Assembly: GCA_964016885.1 (NCBI GenBank)
Contig: OZ024750.1
Coordinates: 25,048,001 to 25,112,000 of the forward strand
Length of the DNA stretch: 64,000 nucleotides
DNA from: Eledone cirrhosa
Taxonomy: Eukaryota
Reading direction: 5' to 3'
Shown here: positions 27,049 through 40,078 of the stretch, piece by piece
How the letters are laid out: the number at the start of each line of letters is the position of its first letter
How positions within the stretch are numbered: position 1 is the first letter of the stretch
Translations under genes and position numbers: made by a program
The notes under the pieces: generated by a model
Told to the model about the DNA's origin: nothing
What the model saw: only the letters and a program-made list of their open reading frames with translations
The model's database searches: none

Positions 27049-27739
27049 CATACATACGTGGAATACTCAGCCACTCACATGTTAATTTAACAGGTATACC
27101 ACATGTTAATTAAACAACTAGAACACTCAAGTTCATTTACTAATTTTCAGTTCCTAACTGCTCTGTTACTCTTATTTATTACCTGGTGAGTCTCCTACTT
27201 ATTACCTGGTGGGTCTCCTATTACCTGTTGTGTCTCCACTCTTATTTATTACCTGGTAGGTTTCCATTCTTACTTATTACCTGGTGGGTATCCACACCTA
27301 TTTATTAGCTGGTGGGTCTACCCCCCCCCATTTATTACCTGGTAGGTTTCCACTCTTATTTTCCAATCAATCAGCAATCTTACATCACTTATGTATTTGC
27401 TATATTTCATGCTATTGAACTTTTGTTATTTGTTATTAACCTATGACTTAGTCTTGGCTATGTTCCACTTTAGATCTGATATAAATATACTTATTACGTG
27501 TTCTACTTCAGTAAATTCTGTTGATATAGAAAACTTCTCATAGGCATTCACTTCCTTTTGTGATGTTCTTAAGAACCATGATGAATAGAAAATAGTTGGA
27601 GATAGATTAGGTGGGTACATATCATTCCTTCAATATGTTTACTGCATATTGTGTCATGACACGAAGCACCCAGCCCACTCTGTAAAGTGGTCGTGTAGGT
27701 GTCATGACAAAAAGCATCCAGTCTCCTCTCATGATAAAA

Positions 27740-28105
27740 AGAACCCTGGACGGGTTGAGCCGGCTTCTTCCCTTGTCCTGACGGCATCCCGAACCATGGC
27801 AGCTCACGCACGATGGTCCTGGGCTAGGTCACTGGAGATAGCGAGCCAGTCACGGTTCCATCAGTGCAGGCCGACCACCTGCGGACCTGAGAGTTCGGAG
27901 AGGTCCTCTTTGATTGTCGTTGCCCAGGTCTTCAGCTGCCCGCCAACGCGCTTGCGCCAGTTAGGGAGTGGAGGTGGGAGGAGAACATCGCGGATCAGCT
28001 CACCCTCAGGGCACCGGGCTGCGTGACCAAACCATCTCAAGCGCCGTTGCAGAAGCACTGAAGGAAGGGGTCGAAGATTCAGGCGAAGATGAAGACTGGT
28101 GACCT
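27740..28105 (-). mobile_element. RTE-clade LINE 3' fragment (second family)
   Basis: LLQRRLRWFGHAAR.PEGELIRDVLLP..LPNWRKR.GGQLKTW..TIKEDL; later LAQDHRAWAAMVRD. Confidence 0.8.
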
Positions 28106-28256
28106 GTGACTGGTGACCTGTAATATAATATTTAACCGGATATATATTAATTTTGTCAATTTGATGTTGTTAATGATATTTGATTAATGTCATGAAAAAT
28201 TCCATGTTTAAGAAGTGTGTCACCGAGAAAAGTTTGTAAAGATGTGACATAAACTA

Positions 28257-28460
28257 ATGCCCATGGGACAAATCCTGCAACACATGTAGAATGCCCATGG
28301 GACAAATCCTGCAACACATGTAGAATGCCCATGGGACAAATCCTGCAACACATGTAGAATGCCCATGGGACAAATCCTGCAACACATGTAGAATGCCCAT
28401 GGATCAAATCCTGCAACACATGTAGAATGCCCATGGATCAAATCCTGCAATACATGTAGA
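28257..28460. repeat. 34-bp minisatellite x6
   Basis: AATGCCCATGGGACAAATCCTGCAACACATGTAG. Confidence 0.92.
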
Positions 28461-28564
28461 ATCCATCAACATGTATAGAATGTTGATATTTCTTCTAATG
28501 TAGATATTTCAATTGTACCATCAGAACTATATTTTTTCTTTTTCTTTACATTGTGAGCCGAGTC

Positions 28565-28764
28565 NNNNNNNNNNNNNNNNNNNNNNNNNNNNNNNNNNNN
28601 NNNNNNNNNNNNNNNNNNNNNNNNNNNNNNNNNNNNNNNNNNNNNNNNNNNNNNNNNNNNNNNNNNNNNNNNNNNNNNNNNNNNNNNNNNNNNNNNNNNN
28701 NNNNNNNNNNNNNNNNNNNNNNNNNNNNNNNNNNNNNNNNNNNNNNNNNNNNNNNNNNNNNNNN
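28565..28764. other. Assembly gap (200 N)
   Basis: Run of N. Confidence 1.
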
Positions 28765-28925
28765 GGAATATGGATCACTTACAAACAATTACCAGTTAAC
28801 ATTCTAGATATAAATGTACAATTTTACTATCAGCTGTTTGTAATAACATTAGAAACTTTATTTATTCAAAATAAAGTTCTTGTATTCATTTTCTCTAACT
28901 AAGATGATTTCCTCCCCTCTTCATA

Positions 28926-29151
28926 TGAACCCATTTAATACCAAAGTACCTGAAACCAACATTGCTTCTATAATACTAAGTCATTTATTTTAAAATGTAT
29001 CTTAAAACTTCCCATTATGTTCCAAACACCAGATTAATAAAGAGGAAGTTATATTACTGAATCCCTTCAATTTTTTAATTTTTATTTTCAAAATGATGAG
29101 AAAATTGTAGGCAGTGTCTTTCATTAGAAATATGGTAATGAGAGGGTTGAA
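28926..29151 (+). mobile_element. Degenerate TTAA-type MITE family 2
   Basis: Similar to 42933-43172; decayed ends. Confidence 0.45.
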
Positions 29152-30114
29152 ATGGGTGTATTTAGTGAGGGTGGAAAAGGCAATATCTGTGACCCTTTTC
29201 AGGGTCTTTGGTGTGAAGGAGGAAAGAAGGTAACCTTAAACTAGATATTTGGGCTGGTAGGACAATGTTTGTGACCCTTTTTAGGGTCTCCGGTGAGAAG
29301 GAGGAAGAAAGGTATCCTTAAACTAGATATTTGGACTGAATGGTTGTAACAGAATGGACTTCACTAAAAGCATCTAAAGTCCATTTGATGGTGTTAACCC
29401 AAATAGTTTACCACTCAAATAGAACTTTTTTGAAATATGTAATTCCATATTTTACAGCAAGCCAGTCAGAACAACCATTGTAACAAGTTGATTATGTTGT
29501 CTTTAAATTTACTTTTCGAATCTGATATGTTTTCTTATAGATTTAACATTTTCATTAAATTCTACACTTTATTTCCCAGAGAGCAAATTTCTTTGGGGAG
29601 TTTTAAGTCTTAACTGCAGATACATTTCAGTCTCAGATGTTCTGTAATTTGAACTTATTAGAAGGAAATATCTTTGCCATTAGAGTAAATATCAACGGGG
29701 GGTGGGGGTAATAAAATAAAATATATAATGTCATTCTTTTGAACTTTTATTACATTGCTGAATGTTTAAATTTATCAAGCTGTGTGGGTTAAATGTGAAC
29801 TCTGTAAGCTGTTGGGAGGGTAGCTCATCTTGAAGGCAGTCACTCTGATTAAACCAAACTACATGAGGTAGACATAGGTTCTGTAACTTGCTGTAGTGAT
29901 GGTAGACCATCCAGGGGGGGAGATGCTCTGACTAAAAACTGATATAGGGTAGCCAAGACAACCTCTCTAGTGTTGGTGGTATGAAGAATGCAACCCGTCT
30001 ATGCTGTAAAGTTGTTGGTGAAAGGAAGGGCATCCAGCCAGAAAAACCTTGCCAAAATTATGAAAAATACAACCTACTATATAGAAACTAACTGTATATA
30101 CAGAACTAACTAAT

Positions 30115-30450
30115 CTTGTTAGTGCTGCACATGGTAGTTATGAGTGACATCAGAATACACACCAGACGAAACATGAAAAACAGGAAAATCTGTAGGAGGA
30201 GAGTTTGGATGCTAAAGGAACTCAATGTTAAGTATAGCTTAAAATAACTGTGATGCATATGACAAGGAGGAGGATTTCAGTACACGTGTTATCGAGAACA
30301 ATTGGAGGTTTCTACGTGACACCCTTCTGATGAGACTATTGGTTAGAACAAGACACTAACCAGATAGAGAGTGACCTAGTGGTGGAACAATACTCTGGGT
30401 GTAGCCGTTAAAGGCAAGAGACAAGCATGGAAAGACTGGAAAAATATGGC
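30115..30450 (+). mobile_element. Highly decayed RTE ORF2 internal fragment
   Basis: Remnants of RVWMLKE, NWRFLRDTLL, WWN, KRQAWKDWK. Confidence 0.55.
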
Positions 30451-30839
30451 TATCTTCGGCTATCCTTTCTCTTTTTTTAAATTTATTTCAAAACACATGA
30501 AGTAGGTTGTGATAAACTCCTCATCTAAATTCACAAGTATTGCACTCAACTTTGTCAATGAAATTGTAAATATATATTACTTCTTTGTTCCGTTTGATTA
30601 CATTTACAAATAAAAATCTGTCTGTAAAAACACTCTGCAAGTGATTCAAATATCAAAAATTAAATGTAAAATTATTGAAGCAAAAAGAAATGGTTAAAAA
30701 AAATATTTACATTGAAAAAAATCCATTAGCTAAAGTGAGAAATAGATGTGAGCTAGTTTAATAGTCTTAATAAGGTCAGTTAGATATCGTGTGTGTAAAA
30801 ATGGGAGATTGTGTGTGAGTAAAAGAGAGAGATTGTATG

Positions 30840-30875
<36 letters not shown>

Positions 30876-31327
30876 TAATAGATATGATTACCAATCAATT
30901 GAAATTGTGTACAATGGAAGATATTACAAACATTTTTAAGTATTGTAAAAAGATACTTTCCGACTCGGATGTATTTTATAAATTTTTCTATAAGTAGCAG
31001 TAGATGTCACCAGCTGTAGATCGCCAAATATTGACATTCCCTTTGAATCTAAAATATAACACTTCTTTAAATGAAAAAAAAAGTATATATGGAAAAATAT
31101 GTGCATTAACATCAAATAACATGAAAATGTTGCCACAAAATACCTTTGAATTTATACTTTTGCTCAAGACATCAAAAATTCCACTTGCTGGCTGGGAAAC
31201 AAATTTAGAAGGAACACTCACTACTTGCAGAGTGTGTTGCTCTTTAATATTTGTCACTTTTAAAACAAGTGATTTGTTGAATTTTTATATTGACATAGTC
31301 ATAAATTTTTAAAGGAATGATGTAGTT

Positions 31328-31909
31328 TAGGCATGTCAAACTGACGGTCTCTCGAGGGCCTCATGGGTCACATGTGTTGTCTGAGGGCCACAAACGACAA
31401 CTAATTCCACGCATGACAACTAATTTTATGACGATAAAACATGCTCGCGCTGTAAAAACCTTTGTGCGGGCATCAGGTGTGCTTGTAAAGGGCTGCAGGT
31501 GTACTTGTAAAGGACCACAGGTGTGCTTATAAAGGGCCGCAGGTGTGCTTGTAAAGGGCCGCAGGTGTGCTTGTAAAGGGCCGCAGGTGTGCTTGTAAAG
31601 GGCCGCAGGTGTGCTTATAAAGGGCCACAGGTGTGCTTGTAAAGGGCCACAGGTGTGCTTGTAAAGGGCCACAGGTGTGCTTGTAAAGGGCCGCAGGTGT
31701 GCTTGTAAAGGGCCGCAGGTGTGCTTGTAAAGGGCCGCAGGTGTGCTTATAAAGGGCCACAGGTGTGCTTGTAAAGGGCCACAGGTGTGCTTATAAAGGG
31801 CCGCAGGTGTGCTTGTAAAGGGCCGCAGGTGTGCTTGTAAAGGGCCGCAGGTGTGCTTGTAAAGGGCCGCAGGTGCGGCTTATAAAGGGCCGCATATTTG
31901 ACATGCTTA
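31328..31909. mobile_element. Non-autonomous hAT element with a 22-bp subterminal tandem array (~19 copies)
   Basis: TIRs TAGGCATGTCAAA / TTTGACATGCTTA; perfect 8-bp TSD ATGTAGTT (31320-31327, 31910-31917). Confidence 0.88.
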
Positions 31910-31939
31910 ATGTAGTTGATTGTATGACTTCTGAAATAT

Positions 31940-32175
31940 CTTCTTCTTCGCCCACATATTCCTGAGAGGGTAATGTGGGGCAGAGTCCTCAAACACTCCT
32001 TCCAGTGGGTCCTGTCAGAAGCAACTGTCTCTAACTCATCTAGCTGGATCCCCAAGCGAGACCAGCCAAGCTCATGGATGTTATCCAACCATCTTGCTCG
32101 GGATCTACCCCTGCTGGTCTCCTGCCAGTTGGTTTTGAGCGTAAAATCTGTCCAGCGATTCTCTCCTGAGACATT
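31940..32175 (-). mobile_element. RTE (Rex3-like) 3' fragment
   Basis: Paralogue of 9490-9730. Confidence 0.8.
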
Positions 32176-32282
32176 CTAAGCACATTTTCTGAAATATATA
32201 TTCTGAAATACCTAACTCTTGGTTAGATTTGAACTTAGAATAATTTAGACTTGGAATTAAATATTGCAAGTCATTATGGTGG

Positions 32283-32343
32283 GGTCGATAAAGTACCAGT
32301 AATGCACTGGGTAATTTATGGCCTTGTGCCAAAAGTAGAAACA
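32283..32343 (+). mobile_element. Severely 5'-truncated SINE family A with TSD ATTATGGTGG
   Basis: TSD at 32273-32282 and 32344-32353. Confidence 0.75.
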
Positions 32344-32403
32344 ATTATGGTGGTACTCTATCAATCTGTCACATATTCTCTCAATATTATTTCAACTAAG
32401 AAG

Positions 32404-32589
32404 GGCGGTGGATTGGCAGTATCGGTAGAGGGTCGGACGCCATGCTTTGTCGCATAGAGTTACGGCCCTTGCCATTCTGAGTTCAAATCCCGCCGAGGTT
32501 AACTTTGACTTTCATCCTTACGGGGTCGATAAAATAAAGTACCAGTAATGCACTGGTTAATTGCTGGCCTTGTGCCAATAGTAGAAACA
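32404..32589 (+). mobile_element. Full-length SINE family A with 18-bp TSD
   Basis: TSD ATTATTTCAACTAAGAAG at 32386-32403 and 32590-32607; A- and B-box-like motifs. Confidence 0.9.
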
Positions 32590-32639
32590 ATTATTTCAAC
32601 TAAGAAGATTAAATATTAGTTAGTTCAAAAATTTGACTC

Positions 32640-33345
32640 CCTCACTCCCATCTTCCTCTCTTCCTCCTTCTCCTCCTCTCTCTCTTTCCTCTCTCTCCTC
32701 CTCTCTCTCTTTCCTCTCTCTCCTCCTCTCTCTCTTTCCTCTCTCTCCTCCTCTCTCTCTTTCCTCTCTCTCCTCCTCTCTCTCTTTCCTCTCTCTCCTC
32801 CTCTCTCTCTTTCCTCTCTCTCCTCCCCTCTCTCTTTCCTCTCTCTCTCTTTCCTCTATAATTACACTCTCTAACTCTTTGTCTTCTCTGTAACTTACTC
32901 TTTACTCTCCACCACTCTCCCTTTGTCTATCTCTCTTTCCTCTCCACCACTCTCTCTTTGTCTATCTCTCTTACTCGCTCTATTCTCAGCTATCACCTTC
33001 CTCCCTCTGTTCTTCTTTTCTCTCCACCCTGTCTCTGTCCCTCCCCCCTCTCTCGTCTATCACTCCCACCCTGTCTCTGTCCATCACCCTCTCTAGTCCC
33101 ATCTATCACTGCCACCCTCTCTCTATCCCTCGTTCCTCTCTCCCTCTCTCTATCCCTCGTTCCTCTCTCCCTCTCTCTACACCCCCTCCCCCCTTCTCTC
33201 TGTCCTGTCCTAGTTGTTACTAAATCTACTTTACTCAGTTGTCTGTAGAGAATGAGTTATAAATTAGATGTGGTATTAGATGTTAACAGACAGATTATAA
33301 CTGTTATTGGATTAAATCTTATTAAGTGAAACTATAGAAACTAAC

Positions 33346-33382
<37 letters not shown>

Positions 33383-34135
33383 ACTTTCTCCCTCTCACTA
33401 TATAACTCTCTCGCTATATAACTTTCTCTCACTCTCACTATATAACTTTCTCTCACTCTCACTATATAACTTTCTCTCACTCTCTCTCTCTATATAACTT
33501 TCTCTCACTCTCTCTCTCTATAACTTTCTCTCACTCTCTCTCTCTATAACTTTCTCTCTCTCTCTCTCTCACTGTATAACTTTCTCTCACTCTCTCTCAC
33601 GATATAACTTTCTCTCTCTCTCACGATATAACTTTCTCTCTCTCTCACGATATAACTTTCTCTCTCTCTCACTGTATAACTTTCTCTCTCTCACTATATA
33701 ACTTTCTCTCTCTCTCTCACTATATAACTTTCTCTCTCTCTCTCACTGTATAACTTTCTCTCTCTCTCTCACTGTATAACTTTCTCTCTCACTGTATAAC
33801 TTTCTCTCTCTCTCACTGTATAACTTTCTCTCTCTCTCACTGTATAACTTTCTCTCTCTCACTGTATAACTTTCTCTCTCTCTCTCACTGTATAACTTTC
33901 TCTCTCTCTCACTGTATAACTTTCTCTCTCTCTCACTGTATAACTTTCTCTCTCTCTCACTGTATAACTTTCTCTCTCTCACTGTATAACTTTCTCTCTC
34001 TCACTGTATAACTTTCTCTCTCTCACTGTATAACTTTCTCTCTCTCTCTCACTATATAACTTTCTCTCTCACTATATAACTTTCTCTCACTCTCTCTCAC
34101 TATATAACTTTCTCTCTCTCTTTCTTTCACTCTCT
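32640..34135. repeat. CT-rich low-complexity DNA and (CT)nCACTGTATAACTTT minisatellite (33370-34120)
   Basis: Directly visible. Confidence 0.9.
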
Positions 34136-34573
34136 CCACCCTTCTGTTTACTAACTCATTCACTCTCTGTTAAATAACCCTTTTACTCTCTCCCACTCTC
34201 CCTCACTCTACACCTTCATTAAATAACCCATTCCTCCTCTAACTCCCTCCCATCTCTCTATTAAGTAACCCCTCCCCCTTCCTCCCCCCTCTATTAATTA
34301 ACCCCACCCCCTCTCTCTATTAAGCCATCCAACCAAATATGCTGCCATTTCTTATTCTATTCTTTTCTTTGTTTATCTTTGTGTTCTTTCTATCATTACT
34401 TTCTCCACTTGAAGGAAGTAAATCACTTAAGAGGTATTAGCCACATCACAGGCATTAAGTATGAAACACAGATTACATAAAGACGGTTTCCAAGATGTCT
34501 TGCTAGAAAGGAGGATCGCAAGTGGTGGCCGAGCAGGAATAACAAAAAAAAAAAAAAAAAAAAATTTATAAAT

Positions 34574-34900
34574 GAAGGCACATGGCTCAGTGGTTAGAGC
34601 ATTGGCCTTGCAATTGAAAGGTTGTGAGTTCAATTCTCAGACCGGGCGATGTGTTGTTTCCTTGAGCAAGACACTTTATTTCACATTGCTCCAGTTTACT
34701 CAGCTGTAGAAATGAGATGATAGGGACCCCAGTCCCTATCATTCCACTGCAAAGTGGTCGTGGAGGTGCCACGGCAAAAAAGCACCCAGCACTCACTGTA
34801 AATGAGGTTGGTGTTAGGAAGGGCATCCAGCTGTAGAAATCAAGCCAGAATCAGTTCCCATCCAACCCTTGCAAGCAGGGAAAAAGTGGACGTAAAATGA
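34574..34900 (+). mobile_element. Full-length SINE family B: tRNA head plus RTE-derived tail
   Basis: A-box TGGCTCAGTGG, B-box GAGTTCAATTC; tail matches the 3'UTR of the LINE at 61895-62165. Confidence 0.88.
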
Positions 34901-35067
34901 AAAAAAAATATATGTGAGATGTGAGAAAAACCACAGACCCTCCATCTCAACTCTACTTTTGAAAAGCAGAAGAACTGCGAAACCGGTAAAGGAACCAAAT
35001 AAATATATATATTTTTTTAGAAATAAGACTCCAGTTGCATTTTCGATTTCATCTTTTTCCTTATAAA

Positions 35068-35099
<32 letters not shown>

Positions 35100-35200
35100 T
35101 GTGTTTATATATATATATCATCATCATTTCACGTCTGCTTTTCTCCACCCTTGCAAGCAGGGAAAAGTTGACGTAAAATGATGATATATATATATATATA

Positions 35201-35420
35201 GTGAAGGCGTGTGGCTGAGTGGTTAGAGAATTGGATTCACAATCGTGAGGTTGTGAGTTCGATTCCTGGACCAGGCGATGTTATGTCCTTGAGCAAGACA
35301 CTTTATTTCACGTTGCTCCTTCTACCTGGAGTTGCGACCGATAGATAGTATTAGCAATTGGAAAGACCGATGGAAACACTGTTTCCTAGGTCCGATGTGA
35401 CGAAAGTCGATCGTTAAGAA
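35201..35420 (+). mobile_element. tRNA-derived SINE family C
   Basis: TGGCTGAGTGG...GAGTTCGATTC; body shared with 5848-6030. Confidence 0.8.
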
Positions 35421-35829
35421 TATATATATATATATACATATATAAACACATAAAAAAACAAATACTTCTTAATTACAGTGTCGAAAGCAGTTGTTTCACA
35501 ACCAAAATTTAAACAAAATTAAACTAAAACTTGTTGATACATGGTACATGGTTAACATTGAAATATCTTTGCTAAATACTTAAGAATTTAATAAATCCAT
35601 CTGTTTTATGATCTGATAATCTTAGAGGGGGGGGGGGATGGGATGTGGTGTGAAGGGGTGGTGGAGAGAAAAGGCACCATTAACTGCAAGCTGTGTTGAT
35701 ATTGCTTCATCTAGCAATCTGGTGCAATAAGATTCAACATTACCGTTTTTATTTTCAACTAAAAATCTGTTGGCTCTCCTCTATAGCAACATCATCATCA
35801 TCACTGTTTAATGTTCATTTTTCTGTGTG

Positions 35830-35952
35830 TGTATTTATATTTTATATATATATATATGTATATTTTATATATATACATGTATATTTTATATATATTTATA
35901 TATAAATATATATATATATATGTATATTTTATATGTATATTTTATATATATT

Positions 35953-35983
<31 letters not shown>

Positions 35984-37395
35984 GTATATTTTATATATAT
36001 ATATGTATATTTTATATATATATATGTATATTTTATATATATTTATATATAAATATATATTTATATATAAATATATATAAATGAAACATTTATTTTATAA
36101 ATATATGTATATTTTATAAATATGTATATTTTATAAATATATGTATATTTTATATATATATGTATATTTTATATATATATGTATATTTTATATATATATG
36201 TATATTTTATATATATATGTATATTTTATATATATATGTATATTTTATATATATATGTATATTTTATATATATATGTATATTTTATATATGTATATATGT
36301 ATATTTTATATATGTATATATGTATATTTTATATATGTATATATGTATATTTTATATATATATGTATATATGTATATTTTATATATATATGTATATATGT
36401 ATATTTTATATATATATGTATATATGTATATTTTATGTATATATGTATATATGTATATTTTATGTTTATATGTATATATGTATATTTTATATATATATGT
36501 ATATATGTATATTTTATATATATATGTATATATGTATATTTTATATATATATGTATATATGTATATTTTATATATATATGTATATTTTATATATATATGT
36601 ATATATGTATATTTTATATATATATGTATATATGTATATTTTATATATATGTATATATGTATATTTTATATATATGTATATATGTATATTTTATATATAT
36701 GTATATATGTATATTTTATATATATGTATATATGTATATTTTATATATATGTATATATGTATATTTTATATATATGTATATATGTATATTTTGTATATAT
36801 GTATATTTTGTATATATGTATATTTTATATATATGTATATATGTATATTTTATATATATGTATATATGTATATTTTATATATATATATATATATGTATAT
36901 TTTATATATATATATATATGTATATTTTATATATATATATATATGTATATTTTATATATATATATGTATATTTTATATATATATATGTATATTTTATATA
37001 TATATATGTATATTTTATATATATATATGTATATTTTATATATATATATATGTATATTTTATATATATATATATGTATATTTTATATATATATATGTATA
37101 TTTTATATATATATATGTATATTTTATATATATATATGTATATTTTATATATATATATGTATATTTTATATATATATATGTATATTTTATATATATATAT
37201 ATGTATATTTTATATATATATATATGTATATTTTATATATATATATATATATATGTATATTTTATATATATATATATATATATGTATATTTTATATATAT
37301 ATATATATATATGTATATTTTATATATATATATATATATATGTATATTTTATATATATATGTATATATCTATATTTTATATATATTTGTATATTT

Positions 37396-37428
<33 letters not shown>

Positions 37429-37557
37429 GTATATTTTATGTATATATATATATATATATATATGCATTTTATATATATATGTACATATGTATATACATGT
37501 ATATATATATATATATATATACATATATATACATATATACATACATATATATATATC
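35830..37557. repeat. AT-rich satellite (TA)nTGTATATTT
   Basis: Directly visible. Confidence 0.95.
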
Positions 37558-37721
37558 AGGCAGTATTTGAGTGTTTCCTCCACAGCATGTTGCAGGTCTG
37601 CTCTTAAGGGATTGTTTTTATTTAGATAATTTTAGTTACACCAGGTTTTGTCATTGATGTGTAACCAAGAAATGAGTTGTTCTTGACTCAAGCATCAAAC
37701 GGCACTAAGTTCTTATTTATA

Positions 37722-37840
37722 ACAAGCTATATAATGGACGCCCCACTGGATGATATTTACAACAAGCTATATAATGGACGTCCCACTGGATGATATTTAC
37801 AACAAGCTATATAATGGACGCCCCACTGGATGATATTTAC
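37722..37840. repeat. 40-bp tandem x3
   Basis: AACAAGCTATATAATGGACGCCCCACTGGATGATATTTAC. Confidence 0.9.
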
Positions 37841-38812
37841 TTTGCAAACATAGTTAGTTTGTAGTTTTGGAAACTAAAAATAAATTAATTTATTGAAACT
37901 GAAAATAGATTATTTAGCATGGTACCATTATAAGGGGGGGGGGGGGTAAGCCTTTTTTGGCTTTGTACTATGTCTTGTGACATATTAAAAGATATGTCTA
38001 TATAGATTTACTGTCTTAAAAGGAAAATTACCTATGTATGTGCTGTAGTATCTATGTAAGCTTGTGTGTATTATAATTTCAAAGTGTACAAAATAGAAAA
38101 TTGTTGAAAGTTCAGATAGAAAAAGGAAGCAAACCCATCTTTTTTATAAGTTTAACTACACAAAACGATAGATCATTAAATTGGGTTATACTATCAGTCT
38201 GAGAGAGCGGCCATGTTGAAACCAATCTTTAAAAAACTACCAAGATTGGATGTTCAATATATGTTTACAGGTCTACCACATACAGTAGTGTGTATTAGCC
38301 CCGGTCATCCTTTGGATGAAAGAATTTAATAAATTTGATTGATTTATATTAAAATCAAATAAAGTATTTATTTCTTGTTTCATTTGTGTTTATATATTCA
38401 AAATATTTTCCTTTCTTGTAATATTTCTCAGTATATTAGGCCTTATACTTGAGTCTTTGGGACATACAATCAAGATTTGCCGCAGGTATCACCGGAGCTC
38501 TGAATACTGCTGACCAAATATAAACAAAATCTTTGAGTACATGGAAGCTATGAAGAGATTATTCAACCAAGTCCATATTATATTATCCTCATTCACTTGA
38601 TATGAGCCTTGCTAGCAGGGAAAGTAGATGTTAAAATGACAATGGTGATGAGGATGATGAGAATGGTGATGTTGATGGTGATGTCAATGGTGATGATTTA
38701 GGAAAAAGCAATTCTTTAACTTTTATGTTGTCAAAGTTTTGTGCCCCAAACTGTTTGATTTTCTTGAAGTGACATATATAACTTGTTGATAGTTGAAAAG
38801 GTATTTAATGGT

Positions 38813-39415
38813 TTAACCCTTTAGCATTTACATTATTCTATATTTACTAAGGGCGGTGAATTGGCAGTGTCGGTAGAGGGTTGGACGCCATGCTTTCCAG
38901 CATAGTTACGTCCCTTTACGATCTGAGTTCAAATCCCGCCGAGGTTAACTTTGCCTTTCATCCTTACGGGGTCGATAAAATAAAGTACCAGTAATGTACT
39001 GGGTAATTGCTGGCCTTGTGCCTAAAGTAGAAACAATTATTCTATATTTACTATTGTATTTTCACCATAAACACTTGATCTCACATAATATCGAATCTTT
39101 GAAATTTTGATATTATTTATTTTGAGACAATACCTTAACATCAGTATGAGCAGCCAGTTACAGCCGGTTTGAATAGAAAGAGGTGGGAGAATTCTTGCTG
39201 GATATGGCCGGTTTAACCCTTTAGCATTTAAACCAGCCATATCCGGCCAGAATTCTCTCAGCTCTTTCTGTTCAAACCAGCCGTAATTAGCCACTCAAAC
39301 TTATGTTCTCAAAATCTCATAGATTCTATATCATGTGAGATAATTATGTAAGATAAAGCTTTTACCATGAAAATACAATAGTATATATAGAGTAATGTAA
39401 ATGCTAAAGGGTTAA
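38813..39415. mobile_element. Composite of two oppositely oriented family-1 MITEs, the first interrupted by a SINE
   Basis: TTAA at 38813, 39213 and 39412; TIRs present. Confidence 0.85.
38850..39035 (+). mobile_element. Full-length SINE family A with 18-bp TSD
   Basis: TSD ATTATTCTATATTTACTA at 38832-38849 and 39036-39053. Confidence 0.9.
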
Positions 39416-39803
39416 TAAACAATCATTTTCATTACTAACACTAATATTGTGACAGTAGAAATCAAAAACCAAAATATTTTCTGAGAGAAAGCTTTTTTAT
39501 CTTAGCATTACTTGTACCTTTTAATACTAGGTCATCAGATTTGGTGTAATCCTGGATATAAACTTAGCTATTTAGCTAATATAGTTGACATCATTCCACT
39601 TAAGAATTCCTACCAACATTTATCCTCAGTGCTCTTATCACATTCCTATTCAACTAGAATTTTAATAAAACAAATATTTGTGTGTACATATCTATGTAAT
39701 TTATTCTACTTAACGCTTGGTTATTTGTCCATGTGTCCCTCTTGTATGGGCTTGTGTGTCTATCACTCATTTGTCCATCTTTCTATTCGTTATCAGCATA
39801 TAC

Positions 39804-40055
39804 TAATGAAAATTATTGTGTACAGTGCTCGGGTGCATTTCAACTCATCAAAGGTGCTGCATGTATAGGACATAGAATAATGTACAAATGTCAGGAAAGT
39901 GAACAGTGTATGAGTCATGATATACACAAAGACACACACATGCGTGCATGGGTATGGAGAGAGAATATCAGATGCAGTGTTGGTGAATTTTGGGAAGAAT
40001 GGAAGTTTTGAAGGATGCAGTGTCCCGACAGCTAACTTATGTCGGTATCTGTTGC
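39804..40055 (-). mobile_element. CR1-like LINE 3' end
   Basis: Reverse complement of 52350-52590. Confidence 0.7.
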
Positions 40056-40078
40056 TTTAATTATTTATTCAAGCTCTA

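Noticed and set aside
28513-28902. ORFs spanning X residues
   Set aside because: Artefact of the 200-N gap
34574-34650. tRNA gene-like sequences (also 35201 and 43288)
   Set aside because: They continue into shared SINE bodies and no complete cloverleaf was evident; these are SINE heads
36141-37629. YI/CV/HT-rich ORFs here and at 6131-6547, 40547-41235, 44580-45047, 57145-58229 and 61221-62017
   Set aside because: Translations of dinucleotide microsatellites
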